Shown: one piece after another, positions 46,453 to 56,423 of the stretch
Layout of the letters: each line of letters opens with the position of its first letter
How positions within the stretch are numbered: the first letter of the stretch is position 1
Assembly (NCBI GenBank): GCA_963692865.2
Contig: OY843592.1
Span: forward strand, 1,248,001 to 1,312,000
DNA length: 64,000 bases
Direction of reading: 5' to 3'
Origin: a bacterium
Lineage (GTDB): Bacteria > UBA8248
Notes under the pieces: model-generated
Seen by the model: only the letters and a program-made list of their open reading frames with translations
What the model was told of the DNA's origin: nothing
Database searches by the model: none
Made by a program: the position numbers and the translations under genes

Positions 46453-48678
46453 ATGGACAAGCGACTCGACCCCTACCGCTTTGACGTGGGAAGCGCCCGC
46501 GTGGAGCCCGAAGACCCGGTCGTGGCGGGAGCGTTCTTCACCCGGAAGATCGTCTTCACGGCGGGCAAATACGGTGTGGACGAGGGCGCGCAGATACTCG
46601 TCTGCAAGCGGCTCTCGAGCGACATGGAGATCCCCCAGTTCACGGACCCCGCGGCGTCCGGCTACGTGAGCGTCTCCTGCTCGAACCCGGAAGTCGGCTT
46701 GACGCTCAGCTATCAGGAACAGGGCTATATTGATGATTGGCGCTCCGGCGTCGCCGTCCGGGTCGCGCGGGGGTATCTCTGCCAAGGCGATGAGGTAACG
46801 CTCGTCCTGGGCGACACCAGCGGCGGCGGGCCGGGGTTGCGCGCGCAGACGTTCCCCGAGGCGCGCCACACGTTCAAGATCGTGGTGGACACCTTCAACC
46901 GCAAGCATTTCTACGAACTGGAACATGACCCCGAAATCCGCATCGTGGGCGGCGCGCCCGAGACCTGGCATCTCGCGTGCCCCCAGACGCCCGCGCGGGG
47001 AGAGCCGTTCTCCGCCATCGTGCGCGGCGTGGACAGCTGGGGGAACCCGGCGGAGGAATTCACGGGCGAAGTGTCGGTCGGAAAGAGCCGCTCGGGCTGG
47101 CAGGAAGAGGACGCCGTACCGGGGAAGGTGGAATTCTCGGCCGGCGACGGCGGCGTGAAGCGTGTGGGCGGCGCGCGGTTGACGGGCGAGGGGCCTTACC
47201 GCTTGCGCTTGGAAGACCCGGCGGGGCTGGTATCGTTGAGCCCGCCCATTCTGCCCAAAGCCCCGGACGATCCTTATTCGCTATTCTGGGGGGACATCCA
47301 CGGGCAGACGCGCTCCACGGTCGGCACGGGCACGGTGGAGGAGTATTTCCGTTTCGCGCGGGACAAGGCGGGCGTGGACGTCGCCGCGTGGCAGGGCAAC
47401 GATTTCAGGGTCCGCAAGGAGGACTGGGCGGAGGTGGTGCGCGAGTGCAAGGCGTTCAACGAGCCGGGCCGCTTCGTCACGCTCCTGGGCTATGAGTGGT
47501 CGGGCACGCGTTCAGGCGGCGGCGATTACAACATCTACTACGCGGGCGATGCGGGAACCATCCACAGAAGCTCCCATGCGGGCGTGGACGATCTTTCGGA
47601 CGTTCATGAGGACAGGTTTCCTATATCGGCTCTTTGGGACACCTTCCGGGGAAGGAAGGACGTGATGAGCGTCGCCCACGTGGGCGGACGGGCGTGCAAC
47701 CTCGATTTCTTCGATCCCGAATTCGTGCGCCTCGCGGAAATCCACTCCCACCACGGCACCTTCGAGTGGTTCGCGGAAGATGTGCTCGCGCGCGGCTTCC
47801 GCGTCGGCTTCATCGGCGGGAGCGACGACCACACAGGCCGCCAGGGGCTGGTCTACCCGAACCGCCGCTCGAACAACGTCGTCACCTTCGACGTGAAGGG
47901 CGGCCTCATGGGCCTCTACGCCAAGGAACTCACGCGCGAGGCCGTCTGGGAGGCGATGCGCGCGAGGAGAACCTACGCCACGAACGGCGAGCGCATCTAC
48001 TTGAAGACCGCCTGCGGCGATGCCCTCATGGGCGAGGAGGTGGAGACGGGAGGTCCGCCGACGATCCGCGTCGAGGTCCATGGCGCGGCGCCGCTTCTGG
48101 ACGTGGAACTGAAGCGCGGCGCCGAAACCATCCACCGCCATCCGGTGAACGCCCCCGAAGCCGCCGGCCGCGCGCGGCGTATCCGCGTGCAGTGGAGCGG
48201 GGTGACGCAGAAAAGCGGGCGCGACAAGAAGGTCGAATGGCGCGGCGGAATCGCGCTGGATAAGGGCGCGGTGCTCTCGCACACGCCCTACGCGCTCGAT
48301 CAGTACGACGACGCCGTAACCCGCGTATCGAACAAGGTGCTCCGCTTCGCCACGGCGACCTCGGGCGACCCCGACGGCGTGCTCATCGACCTGGACGCCC
48401 CCGCCGACGCCCGCCTTTCCTTTTTTAGCAACGTCAAGAGTTTCACCCTGCCCCTCGGCGAGATAACGGCGGAACCTACCATCATCGAAGCCGGCGGCGT
48501 GAACATCCGGGTTCTCGTCGCCGAAGTCGGCGCGACCCTCAAGGACTGGAGCGCGCGCTTTCAGTTCACCGACGAGGACGCCTCCACCGATGCCGTGAAC
48601 CCCTACTGGGTGCGCGTCTTACAGGTCGACGGCGGCCAGGCCTGGTCGAGTCCGGTGTATGTGAAGAGGGTGGGGTGA
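46453..48678 (+). CDS. DUF3604-like protein with PHP-type metallohydrolase domain
   Basis: FWGDIHGQT, GYEWS, EIHSHHG, GGSDDH, RRTYATNG, YWVRVLQ.DG..AWSSP. Confidence 0.8.
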   Translation: MDKRLDPYRFDVGSARVEPEDPVVAGAFFTRKIVFTAGKYGVDEGAQILVCKRLSSDMEIPQFTDPAASGYVSVSCSNPEVGLTLSYQEQGYIDDWRSGVAVRVARGYLCQGDEVTLVLGDTSGGGPGLRAQTFPEARHTFKIVVDTFNRKHFYELEHDPEIRIVGGAPETWHLACPQTPARGEPFSAIVRGVDSWGNPAEEFTGEVSVGKSRSGWQEEDAVPGKVEFSAGDGGVKRVGGARLTGEGPYRLRLEDPAGLVSLSPPILPKAPDDPYSLFWGDIHGQTRSTVGTGTVEEYFRFARDKAGVDVAAWQGNDFRVRKEDWAEVVRECKAFNEPGRFVTLLGYEWSGTRSGGGDYNIYYAGDAGTIHRSSHAGVDDLSDVHEDRFPISALWDTFRGRKDVMSVAHVGGRACNLDFFDPEFVRLAEIHSHHGTFEWFAEDVLARGFRVGFIGGSDDHTGRQGLVYPNRRSNNVVTFDVKGGLMGLYAKELTREAVWEAMRARRTYATNGERIYLKTACGDALMGEEVETGGPPTIRVEVHGAAPLLDVELKRGAETIHRHPVNAPEAAGRARRIRVQWSGVTQKSGRDKKVEWRGGIALDKGAVLSHTPYALDQYDDAVTRVSNKVLRFATATSGDPDGVLIDLDAPADARLSFFSNVKSFTLPLGEITAEPTIIEAGGVNIRVLVAEVGATLKDWSARFQFTDEDASTDAVNPYWVRVLQVDGGQAWSSPVYVKRVG

Positions 48679-48747
48679 GGGGGTTTCGTTTGACCCGCGG
48701 GAATCACCAAACCCTTCCTGAACGGTTGGCAATACATCGCTTTTCGG

Positions 48748-49110
48748 AGTTGTTGAAAAATCCCCTACTCAGTCGGAATTGACCACCGCCGTCATTCCGG
48801 CGAACGCCGGAATCCAGAGCAGACGGGAATGTCGAATCGCAGGACGACCAGGAAAAACGAAAAAGCAAAAAAGACAAATACAAAAGCAAAGTCCCTGGAT
48901 TCCGGCATGCGCCGGAATGACGACCAAAAACCGCGTTTGGCGTAGGGACAACCCCCTGTGGTTGTCCCCCCTGTTATTCTCCATGAGGACAGGCACAGGG
49001 GCCTGTCCCTACGGGTAGCCGCAATGATTTCGCATGGGAGAACCTATGTGTTCTCCCATGCGGATTCGGGCGTCTTGAATCCGGGCGGACACGCAGGTCC
49101 GCCCCGACAC
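48748..49110. repeat. REP mosaic
   Basis: Inverted pair of gtcattccggc..gccggaatcc units (48791, 48897) and gtagggaca...tgtccctac unit. Confidence 0.8.
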
Positions 49111-49207
49111 CCCCAAGTTTGACTCCCCATCCCTTTTGACCTCATGCCCTCCTTCTCATACACTCCCGCGCGTTTGTTCGTTCATGCTTTATTCAGGAGC
49201 GTAATAC

Positions 49208-50266
49208 GTGAAAATCGGCATCATCGGCCCGGCCGCCGCGGGCAAGACGACGCTGTTCAACGCGCTCACGGGCGGCGCGGCCACAACGGGGGGGTACGGC
49301 GCGGCGCGGGTGAACGTAGGCGCGGCGGCGGTGGCGGACGAGCGTGTGGACGCCCTGAGCAATGTCTTCAAGCCGAAAAAGACGACTTATGCGGGCGTCA
49401 ACTTCGTGGATGCGCCGGGCGTGGGCGATGCAGGCGCTTCGCGGAACGCCGAGGCCATCCCGCAGGCGCTGGAGGGCGCGGACGCGCTCCTGGTCGTCGT
49501 GCGCGCCTTCGAGGACGCGGGCGTTCCGCATCCAAAGGAGAGTGTCGACCCCGCGCGCGATCTGGCGGACGTGCGCTTCGATCTTCTTCTGCGCGACCTC
49601 GCCGTCGTCGAGCGGCGGGTGGAGCGGCTCGAACGCCTGGTGAAACTGAAACGCGACCCCGCCGAAGCAGCCGAGTTCGCGCTCCTGGGCCGCATCCGAG
49701 AGGCGCTGGAGGACAGCCGTCCGGTCCGATCAATGGAGCTGGGTGAAGAAGAAACGCGTATTATTAAAGGCTTCGGCTTTCTCTCCGCCAAGCCGCTCCT
49801 CGTGGTCGTGAACGTCGACGAGGATCAGCTGGAGGAGGCGGACGCTTTCGCGAAGCTGAACGGCGAGACGCCCGTCGCCCTGGCCGCGAAGCTCGAAGAA
49901 GAACTCGCCCAACTGCCCGCTGATGAGAGGGCTGCGTTTCTCGCGGATTACGCGCTGGAATCCTCGGCGCTGGATAAGGTAATTCAGGCGTCGTTCAACC
50001 TGCTCAATCTCCGCTGTTTCTTCACCGTGGGGAAAGACGAGGTGCGCGCCTGGCCGGTCCGCGCGGGCACGGTCGCCCTCCACGCGGCGGGGACGATTCA
50101 TTCCGACTTGGAGCGCGGCTTCATCCGCGCGGAGGTGATATCGTTCCCCGACTTCATGGCGGCGGGCTCGCTCGCCGCGGCGCGGGAGAGGGGAACGCTC
50201 CGGCTCGAGGGCAAGGACTACGTCGTCAAGGACGGCGACATCTTCCACGTGCGGTTCAACGTGTAG
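49208..50266 (+). CDS. ychF: YchF/OLA1-like P-loop ATPase (DUF933 C-terminus)
   Basis: GKTTLFNALT, DAPG, FLSAKP, NVDE, AAGTIHSDLERGFIRAEV, EGKDYVVKDGDI; divergent G1 so possibly a paralog. Confidence 0.85.
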   Translation: MKIGIIGPAAAGKTTLFNALTGGAATTGGYGAARVNVGAAAVADERVDALSNVFKPKKTTYAGVNFVDAPGVGDAGASRNAEAIPQALEGADALLVVVRAFEDAGVPHPKESVDPARDLADVRFDLLLRDLAVVERRVERLERLVKLKRDPAEAAEFALLGRIREALEDSRPVRSMELGEEETRIIKGFGFLSAKPLLVVVNVDEDQLEEADAFAKLNGETPVALAAKLEEELAQLPADERAAFLADYALESSALDKVIQASFNLLNLRCFFTVGKDEVRAWPVRAGTVALHAAGTIHSDLERGFIRAEVISFPDFMAAGSLAAARERGTLRLEGKDYVVKDGDIFHVRFNV

Positions 50267-50280
50267 CGGGTGGGGTTGTT

Positions 50281-50606
50281 GTAGGGGCGGACCCATGTGT
50301 CCGCCCGCCTTTCGTTTTGCCCGCGGATGAATCCATGCGAAGGCAAAAGGCGGGCGGTTCTCGAACCGCCCCTACGGGCGAAACCCGCAACCGCGGATTA
50401 CCGTCATTCCGGCGTCAACCACGACCAGGGCGGGAGAGAATGCGGAGTCCGCAAGCGGCGAGGGGCGATACGTCCAGGTATTTCATTCCGTCTTTGTCGA
50501 GGCATGAATCAAAGCGAAAAGTAAAAAATCAAAATGGATTCCGGCTTTCGCCGGAATGACGGAGGAGGGCGGTCCGCAGGGGGACAGGTCGCGACCTGTC
50601 CCTACA
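50281..50606. repeat. REP mosaic
   Basis: gtaggggcgg...cgcccctac, ggattccggctttcgccggaatgac, gggacaggtcgcgacctgtccctac. Confidence 0.8.
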
Positions 50607-50609
50607 GGC

Positions 50610-51707
50610 TCATCCCCTGGCCCCCTCCAAAGCCGCGAGGATTCTCTCCCTCGCCTCCCGGTGCTCCTCACATCCGACGACTTCGAGCATCTCCTTGCGC
50701 CAGTTCGGGCGGCAGTAGCTTTCCTTGAGCCTGCGTATCCGGTCCGATGACGCTTCTTCCTGCGCCGGGGATATGTCGCCGTCCCGGATGGCCCGCGCAA
50801 CCCCATCGACCGCTCGTTCCTGCGCGTCTTCTGAATGACAGATGAGGGCGATGTCGGCTCCTGCGAGGATGCTTTGAAGCGCGGCCTCTGCGGGGTCGTC
50901 TATCGCGCCCATGTCCAGATCGTCGGTGACGGCGACGCCCCGGAAGCCGAGTGCACCGCGCAGAATCTCCTGGAGAAAAATAGAGGACATGCTCGCGGGT
51001 GCCGTCTCGTCTATTGCTTCGAATACGGCGTGGGCCGCCATGACGCAGGCGGGAGGCGCGCGGCGGATGAGATGCCGGAAGGGCTCCAGTTCGCGCGCTC
51101 TCAAGTCATCGAGCGTGAGGCTGGAAGTCGGCAGCACGTCGTGGGGGTCAGGCGCCATGTCCCCGATGCCGGGGAAATGCTTGGCGCACGCGGCGACGCC
51201 CGTTTCTTGTAAGCCTTGCGCTGCGGCTTCGCCCATTCGAGCGACGACCTCTGGAGTCGCCCCGTATGCGCGATCGCCGATGACGGCGCACTCGGAGTTC
51301 GTGAGTATGTCCACGACGGGGGCGAAGTTCATATTCACGCCGACCGCTTCGAGTTCCGCCCCGGTGATCCTTGCTGCTTCCCGGGCGAGGGCGGGGCCGC
51401 CCGCGGCGCCGAATCCCCGCGCCGCCGGAAAGATCGTGAAGTCGGCAGACAGCCTGCTCACGCGCCCGCCTTCCTGATCTATTCCCACGAGGAGGGGAGC
51501 TTCGAGCGGGGAGGCGAGGGCGGCAGTTTGCAAGGAGGCGATGAGCGCCCCTGTCTGCGCGGCAGATTCGATGTTTCGCTGGAACAGGATGACGCCGCCG
51601 ATTCTGCCCGCGCGAACGCGCTTGATGAGAGAGGCCGGGGCGACCGTGCCCTCGAAACCGGCCATGATGCGCCGACCGGCCCGGACCTCGGGCGCCTGCT
51701 CGTTCAT
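50610..51707 (-). CDS. nagZ: GH3 beta-N-acetylhexosaminidase
   Basis: GGVILFQRN, IDQEGGRVSRL, NFAPVVD, KHFPG, TDDLDM. Confidence 0.9.
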   Translation of the reverse strand: MNEQAPEVRAGRRIMAGFEGTVAPASLIKRVRAGRIGGVILFQRNIESAAQTGALIASLQTAALASPLEAPLLVGIDQEGGRVSRLSADFTIFPAARGFGAAGGPALAREAARITGAELEAVGVNMNFAPVVDILTNSECAVIGDRAYGATPEVVARMGEAAAQGLQETGVAACAKHFPGIGDMAPDPHDVLPTSSLTLDDLRARELEPFRHLIRRAPPACVMAAHAVFEAIDETAPASMSSIFLQEILRGALGFRGVAVTDDLDMGAIDDPAEAALQSILAGADIALICHSEDAQERAVDGVARAIRDGDISPAQEEASSDRIRRLKESYCRPNWRKEMLEVVGCEEHREARERILAALEGARG

Positions 51708-51714
51708 TCGCGCC

Positions 51715-52407
51715 CTAGCCTTCGCGCATCCGCGTGATGACGAAAGGCTCCGCCATCGTTAGGCCCGCCGCACGGCCTGCGTCTTCGAGCCGCTGGTGGG
51801 CGCGCTTCTCGAAAGCCTCGGGGTTTTTGATCTGGCACTTGTGCGCGCACACCGCGCGGACTTTCACGTCGAAGGTCTCCGCGATGTCCACGAAAAAATT
51901 CGGCTCGCGCGTGTTGAGATAGAGGAGGTTCTTTGTGTGGTGCGCTTCTATCCCTGCGTAGGTGAGTTCGGGCAGGAAATGGTGGTCCCGCGCGTAGACC
52001 ACCGCCTTGAACGTGGCGTGGCCGATGGCCTGGTGGTCGGGGTGCTGGTAGTAGGTGCGCCAGGGGTCGTGGGTCAGGATGGTGTCGGGCTTGAAGTGGC
52101 GGATCAGGAAGGCGATCTGGTTCCTGAACGCGCGCGTGTCCTCGAGTTCCCCGTCGCGGTGGCGCAGGAAGATGGTCTCCTTGACGCCCAGTATGCGGGA
52201 GGCTTCGAGCTGTTCCGCCTCGCGTATCCCGGCGAGGTCGAAGGGGCTGACATCGTCCTTCGTGCCCTTGTCCCCGTTCGTGCAGACGACCGTCCGAACC
52301 GTCGCGCCCTCCCGCGTCCATCGGGCGATGCTGCCCCCCGCGGACAGTTCCGCATCGTCGGGGTGGGCGACGACGACGAGTATGTTTCTGAATTCCGTGT
52401 GACTCAA
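51715..52407 (-). CDS. PIG-L/LmbE family deacetylase (MshB/BshB-like)
   Basis: AHPDDAE, TNGDKG, REAE, THDP, HPDH. Confidence 0.92.
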   Translation of the reverse strand: MSHTEFRNILVVVAHPDDAELSAGGSIARWTREGATVRTVVCTNGDKGTKDDVSPFDLAGIREAEQLEASRILGVKETIFLRHRDGELEDTRAFRNQIAFLIRHFKPDTILTHDPWRTYYQHPDHQAIGHATFKAVVYARDHHFLPELTYAGIEAHHTKNLLYLNTREPNFFVDIAETFDVKVRAVCAHKCQIKNPEAFEKRAHQRLEDAGRAAGLTMAEPFVITRMREG

Positions 52408-52425
52408 TTCTGGTTCCTTCCGTGT

Positions 52426-53730
52426 TTATGAAGCGTGGGGTGAAGAAAGCGCGGCCCCCTGACGCAGGCGCGCCCAGATATCGAGTTCCGCCTCCGCAAC
52501 CCGCGCCCAGGCGAACGATTCCGCCCATTGGGTGGTTTTGCGGTTGGGGCGTTCGCAGGGTTTTTCCAGCAGTTGGAGCATCTTCCGCGCGTAGGCGTTC
52601 GTGTCGCCGTCCGCGATGAGGTGGCCGCTTTTGCCCTCGCGCACCGCTTGCGATATGCCGCCCACTTCGAAGGCCAGCGTGTTCAGCCCGCACGCGGCCG
52701 CCTCGACCGCCGTCATGCCGAAGCTCTCATAGCGCGAGGGCAGGGCGAAGACGTCGGCCGCGGAATAATAGAGCGGCAAATCTTCCTGCGGCTTGGCTCC
52801 TGTGAGGAGCAGGCTCTCCGCCACGCCGAGCCTTTGCGCGAGCTCTTCCAATCGCGCGACTTCGGCTCCCTGCGCGGGGGAGGCGAAATCCGCTGCGCGA
52901 TAGCCGTCATCGTCTCTCATCGCGCCCTCTCTTGTTTCGCCGCCAATGTGCAGGAGGCGCGCATCGAGTCCGGGGCGTTCCTTGCGCATGAGGGCGAAGG
53001 CCTCGACGAGGCGGTCGAGTCCCTTCACGCGCTCGATGCGGCCCACGCTCAGGACGTATGCGAGATCGGGCTCTAAGCCCAGCCGCGCGCGCGCCTCGCT
53101 CTTCGGATGGGGCCTGAACCGCTCCAGGTCCACACCGCAGGGGACGACGTGGACTTCCACCCCGCCCGATATCTCGTCAATCGCGCGCGCCTCGGCGGGC
53201 GATGAAGCGAGAAGCGCGTCCGCCGACCTCATGAGGCCGGGTTCGGTGCTGAGCCGCATGTCGGACTCGCGCCTGGTGTCTCCAGGGAGCGCGTCGTTCT
53301 TGAGGGCGGCCAGCGTGTGGAAGCGAATAGAGAGGGGAACGCCCCACGTTTTGGCGAGAATCTCGCCCGCAAGGCCCGAGAGCCAGTAGTGCGCGGAAAC
53401 GCCGTCGTAGGAGATTCCGTGTTCCTCCCCGAAGGCGAGAATGCCCTCGGCGAAGGCGTCCGCCCATTCGACTTGCGCGTCCTTGTCGAGTCTTTCTTGG
53501 GGCCCCGCCTCTATACGGATGAGGCGCGCGCCGTCGGCGATAAGGACTTCTCCCGCGGCCGAAGCCGATTCCAGGCGGGTGAAGACGTCCGCACGGACGC
53601 CCAGGCTCGCGAGCGCCTTCGCGATCTCGCGGGCGTAGACGTTCATCCCGCCCGTGAAGTCTCCTCCCAGGGGGGCGAGGGGGTCGGTGTGCATCGAGAG
53701 GATGGCGAGGCGGGGCGATTCCGTGCTCAT
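52426..53730 (-). CDS. GT4 glycosyltransferase, MshA-like
   Basis: SMHTDPLAPLG...GGMNVY, HYWLSG, FHTL, VGRIERVKG, PSRYESFG..AVEAAACG. Confidence 0.92.
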   Translation of the reverse strand: MSTESPRLAILSMHTDPLAPLGGDFTGGMNVYAREIAKALASLGVRADVFTRLESASAAGEVLIADGARLIRIEAGPQERLDKDAQVEWADAFAEGILAFGEEHGISYDGVSAHYWLSGLAGEILAKTWGVPLSIRFHTLAALKNDALPGDTRRESDMRLSTEPGLMRSADALLASSPAEARAIDEISGGVEVHVVPCGVDLERFRPHPKSEARARLGLEPDLAYVLSVGRIERVKGLDRLVEAFALMRKERPGLDARLLHIGGETREGAMRDDDGYRAADFASPAQGAEVARLEELAQRLGVAESLLLTGAKPQEDLPLYYSAADVFALPSRYESFGMTAVEAAACGLNTLAFEVGGISQAVREGKSGHLIADGDTNAYARKMLQLLEKPCERPNRKTTQWAESFAWARVAEAELDIWARLRQGAALSSPHAS

Positions 53731-54746
53731 CGCGCGCTCCTCTCGATCCGCACGCGCATCACGCGCTCCTCGCGCGCGCCGAAGCGGTACTTGTAGGCCT
53801 CATCGCCCCTCAAGAGGTCGAAGGACGCGCGGCCTGCCTGAATCGCTTCCTCCACGTTGTGGGCGAGCAGCACCAGGCCCGCGCTCAGTTCGTGCTCCAC
53901 AGGGTCGAAGCCCGAGTTGTAGAGATAGATTCTCTCGCCGTAGTCGAACGAGAGATTGGCAGCGACGGGATGGCCGTCCACGCGCATGACGCTCAATTCC
54001 AGACAGCCGAGTTCGAGCATCGCCCGGGTCATGTCCTCGAAGAATGATCTTCTGTCGGCGTTCCAGAAATCCGCCTTCTCCTGCTGGCTCAGCGCGTGGA
54101 GGGCGATGAAATCCTCCAGATCGGATGCGAGCGCGTCCGCCGACTCGGTCCGCTCGTATTCCAGCCCCGCCTCCATGTTGGCCTTGCGAATCTTGCGCCT
54201 CAGGTCGCGCTCGTCCCTGGGCGCGAGCATCCCGGTGTATTCATCCCACGAACCGGGAAGCGGGATGACGGGGCAGACTTCTTCTTCCGAGACCGAGGCG
54301 GCCCCTCCCGTCAACTCCTCGATAGCCGCGACCGTGGGGGAGGCTTCGGGAATCCCGCGCAGGGAGAGTTCGCGCCAACCAGGAGCGTCCGGCTCGTCGA
54401 GGGCGGCGAGAACCGCCCGCCAGCAGGCGAGGTGCGCTCCGTCCGCGGCGATGATGTCGAGGTAGTCCGAGAGGTCGTCCCCTCCCGTCAGGCGCAACCG
54501 CCCGCCCTCGCTCAGCACGAAGGGCGCCACGCCCGCGAGCGCGCCCGCCTCGTCGCGCAGGGCGTAGACGCGAAGCTCGCCCGCGCCGAAGTTCCGCCAC
54601 CACGCGGCGTGCCACGCGGGGTCGTAGAAAGGGTGCGCGTGGGCGGAGCGGGCCATCAGCGCGCGCCATTCGGCCTCTAAATCCGTGAACGCCTCGGGCG
54701 ACGTGAAGGCTTCTATCTGCAGCGAGGAGCATGAACTTTGCGACAT
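53727..54746 (-). CDS. GNAT of CelD/BcsL (BioF2-like, FemAB-related) type
   Basis: W..WW, SDYLD, SWDEY, YNSGFD, FDLLRGDEAYKYRFG. Confidence 0.88.
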   Translation of the reverse strand: MSQSSCSSLQIEAFTSPEAFTDLEAEWRALMARSAHAHPFYDPAWHAAWWRNFGAGELRVYALRDEAGALAGVAPFVLSEGGRLRLTGGDDLSDYLDIIAADGAHLACWRAVLAALDEPDAPGWRELSLRGIPEASPTVAAIEELTGGAASVSEEEVCPVIPLPGSWDEYTGMLAPRDERDLRRKIRKANMEAGLEYERTESADALASDLEDFIALHALSQQEKADFWNADRRSFFEDMTRAMLELGCLELSVMRVDGHPVAANLSFDYGERIYLYNSGFDPVEHELSAGLVLLAHNVEEAIQAGRASFDLLRGDEAYKYRFGAREERVMRVRIERSAR

Positions 54747-54797
54747 CGGGATTCCTTCGCATCCATCGCGCCTGTGGGCGCGCGTTGATTTCGTCCG

Positions 54798-55391
54798 CTA
54801 CGCGAGCTCCAGCCCGACGAACGTGGCCGTCGGGTGTCCCTCCAGGGGGTCAGAGAGGTCCGAGCGGCTGAAGACGAAAAACCGGTTGTGGTAGAGCGTC
54901 TGAAACTGGATGAAGCCCGCCTTGTCCACGCCGCGCCTGGAAGCCGTGTTGCCCGCCTCGACGAAGATGAGAGAGCGCGCGAGGCCCAGCTTTTCCCCGT
55001 ATTCCAGCGCGCGCCTCAGTACGGCGGGATAGAGGTTCCTCCCCCGCCAGGGCTCCAGGGTGAAGGCGTCGTATAGATAGATTTCCTTGGGTCCGGGCTT
55101 CACGGCCTTGTCGATCTCCTCCACGCCCACCACGCCGCGCGCGCCCCAGATGTAGCTCACCGCCTTGCCGTCCTCGAGCGCGACGAAACACTTCTCGCCC
55201 CGCTCGAAGCGCCTCCCCGTCAGGCGCTCGCCCTGCACGTCGGTGATGAGCCGGCGATTCTCCGACGCGCCGTCGAGGATGACGTGCTCCACCTCGATTC
55301 TCGCCTCGCTCGGCGGTACTGCTTCGGTGTGCGGGAAATCGTACAGGCAAAGCTCCACCGACGTGAGGAATATCGATTTCAGGAAATCCAA
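54798..55391 (-). CDS. GNAT family acetyltransferase
   Basis: YLYDAFTLEPWRGRNLY, NTASRRG..KAGF. Confidence 0.85.
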   Translation of the reverse strand: MDFLKSIFLTSVELCLYDFPHTEAVPPSEARIEVEHVILDGASENRRLITDVQGERLTGRRFERGEKCFVALEDGKAVSYIWGARGVVGVEEIDKAVKPGPKEIYLYDAFTLEPWRGRNLYPAVLRRALEYGEKLGLARSLIFVEAGNTASRRGVDKAGFIQFQTLYHNRFFVFSRSDLSDPLEGHPTATFVGLELA

Positions 55392-55406
55392 AAGGGGATG
55401 ACTCCT

Positions 55407-56423
55407 TTATGCGAGAAACGCTTCGAGGAAAGGCTCGAGCAATGCGCGGAGGCGGGCCAGATCTCTCCTCTTTTCGAAATGCCCTAGCACCATCCTGGCG
55501 GTATGCGGAATGCTCGCCAGATAGCGATCCGCCCCCCGCGCCGTCTTCTGATAGGCGAAGGTGCCGATGGCCTTCAGGTTTCGCTGTATGGCTGTCCCGC
55601 GCAGGGCGCGTTCGTATTCTTCTTTATCCGAGAAGAGGCGGTGGCCGCAAGTCTCCCAGTAGCGGGCGATGAGGTAATACCGCGCGGAGTCCCCGAGGTC
55701 AACGTAGCTGTCATAGACCAAAGACGCCGGATCGTAGGTGGCCGGCCCCATGCGCGCGTCCTGAAAATCGATTGCGATCACCGCATCGTCCAGAACCATC
55801 AGGTTCCTGCCGTGGTAGTCGCGGTGCGTGAGGCGGAAGGGAATCCGGCAGATTTCCTCGCACAACGAGCGGAACGCCGCATCCAGCGCGCGCACATCCG
55901 TCTCCATCCCGAGGAGGCTCTCGAAGGCGTATTTTCGCGTGTGGTGGAGTTCGTTCGTGAAAAATTCGGCGTCGAAGCGCCGCGTGAGGGCGAGCCTGCC
56001 GCCCGCGGACGCGCTCGGAGCTTCCTGCATGGCGGCCATCATCTCCATGGCGGCGTCGTAATGCGGCCCTGCTTCCTCCCATCCGCCGCGCCGCCATGCG
56101 TCTTCGAGCGATTCATCGCCGCAGTCTTCCAGCAGGATGACGCCCGCCTCCCCGTCCACCCCGAAAATCTCGGGAACCCTGACGCCGATCTCCTTGAAAT
56201 GCGCCTGCACGTCGATGAAGGGGAGCGTCTCTCGGCTGAACGGCTCCGGGGTGATCATACCGACCGAACTTGGGCGTGCGCCCTCTGCGTGGATGAACCG
56301 GACGTAATCGCGCGTCGAGGCGTCGCCCGCAAGCGGGGTCATGTACGACACGCCGGCGCCGAAGCAATCGCGCGCCAGGGCCGTCAAGCGCTCGTGCGCC
56401 TGCTCGGTGAGGCTCGCCTTCAT
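55407..56423 (-). CDS. APH/choline-kinase-fold phosphotransferase (AmgK-like sugar kinase)
   Basis: LAGDASTRDY, LEDCG, HRDYHGRNLM, IDFQDA, QRNLKAIGTF. Confidence 0.88.
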   Translation of the reverse strand: MKASLTEQAHERLTALARDCFGAGVSYMTPLAGDASTRDYVRFIHAEGARPSSVGMITPEPFSRETLPFIDVQAHFKEIGVRVPEIFGVDGEAGVILLEDCGDESLEDAWRRGGWEEAGPHYDAAMEMMAAMQEAPSASAGGRLALTRRFDAEFFTNELHHTRKYAFESLLGMETDVRALDAAFRSLCEEICRIPFRLTHRDYHGRNLMVLDDAVIAIDFQDARMGPATYDPASLVYDSYVDLGDSARYYLIARYWETCGHRLFSDKEEYERALRGTAIQRNLKAIGTFAYQKTARGADRYLASIPHTARMVLGHFEKRRDLARLRALLEPFLEAFLA

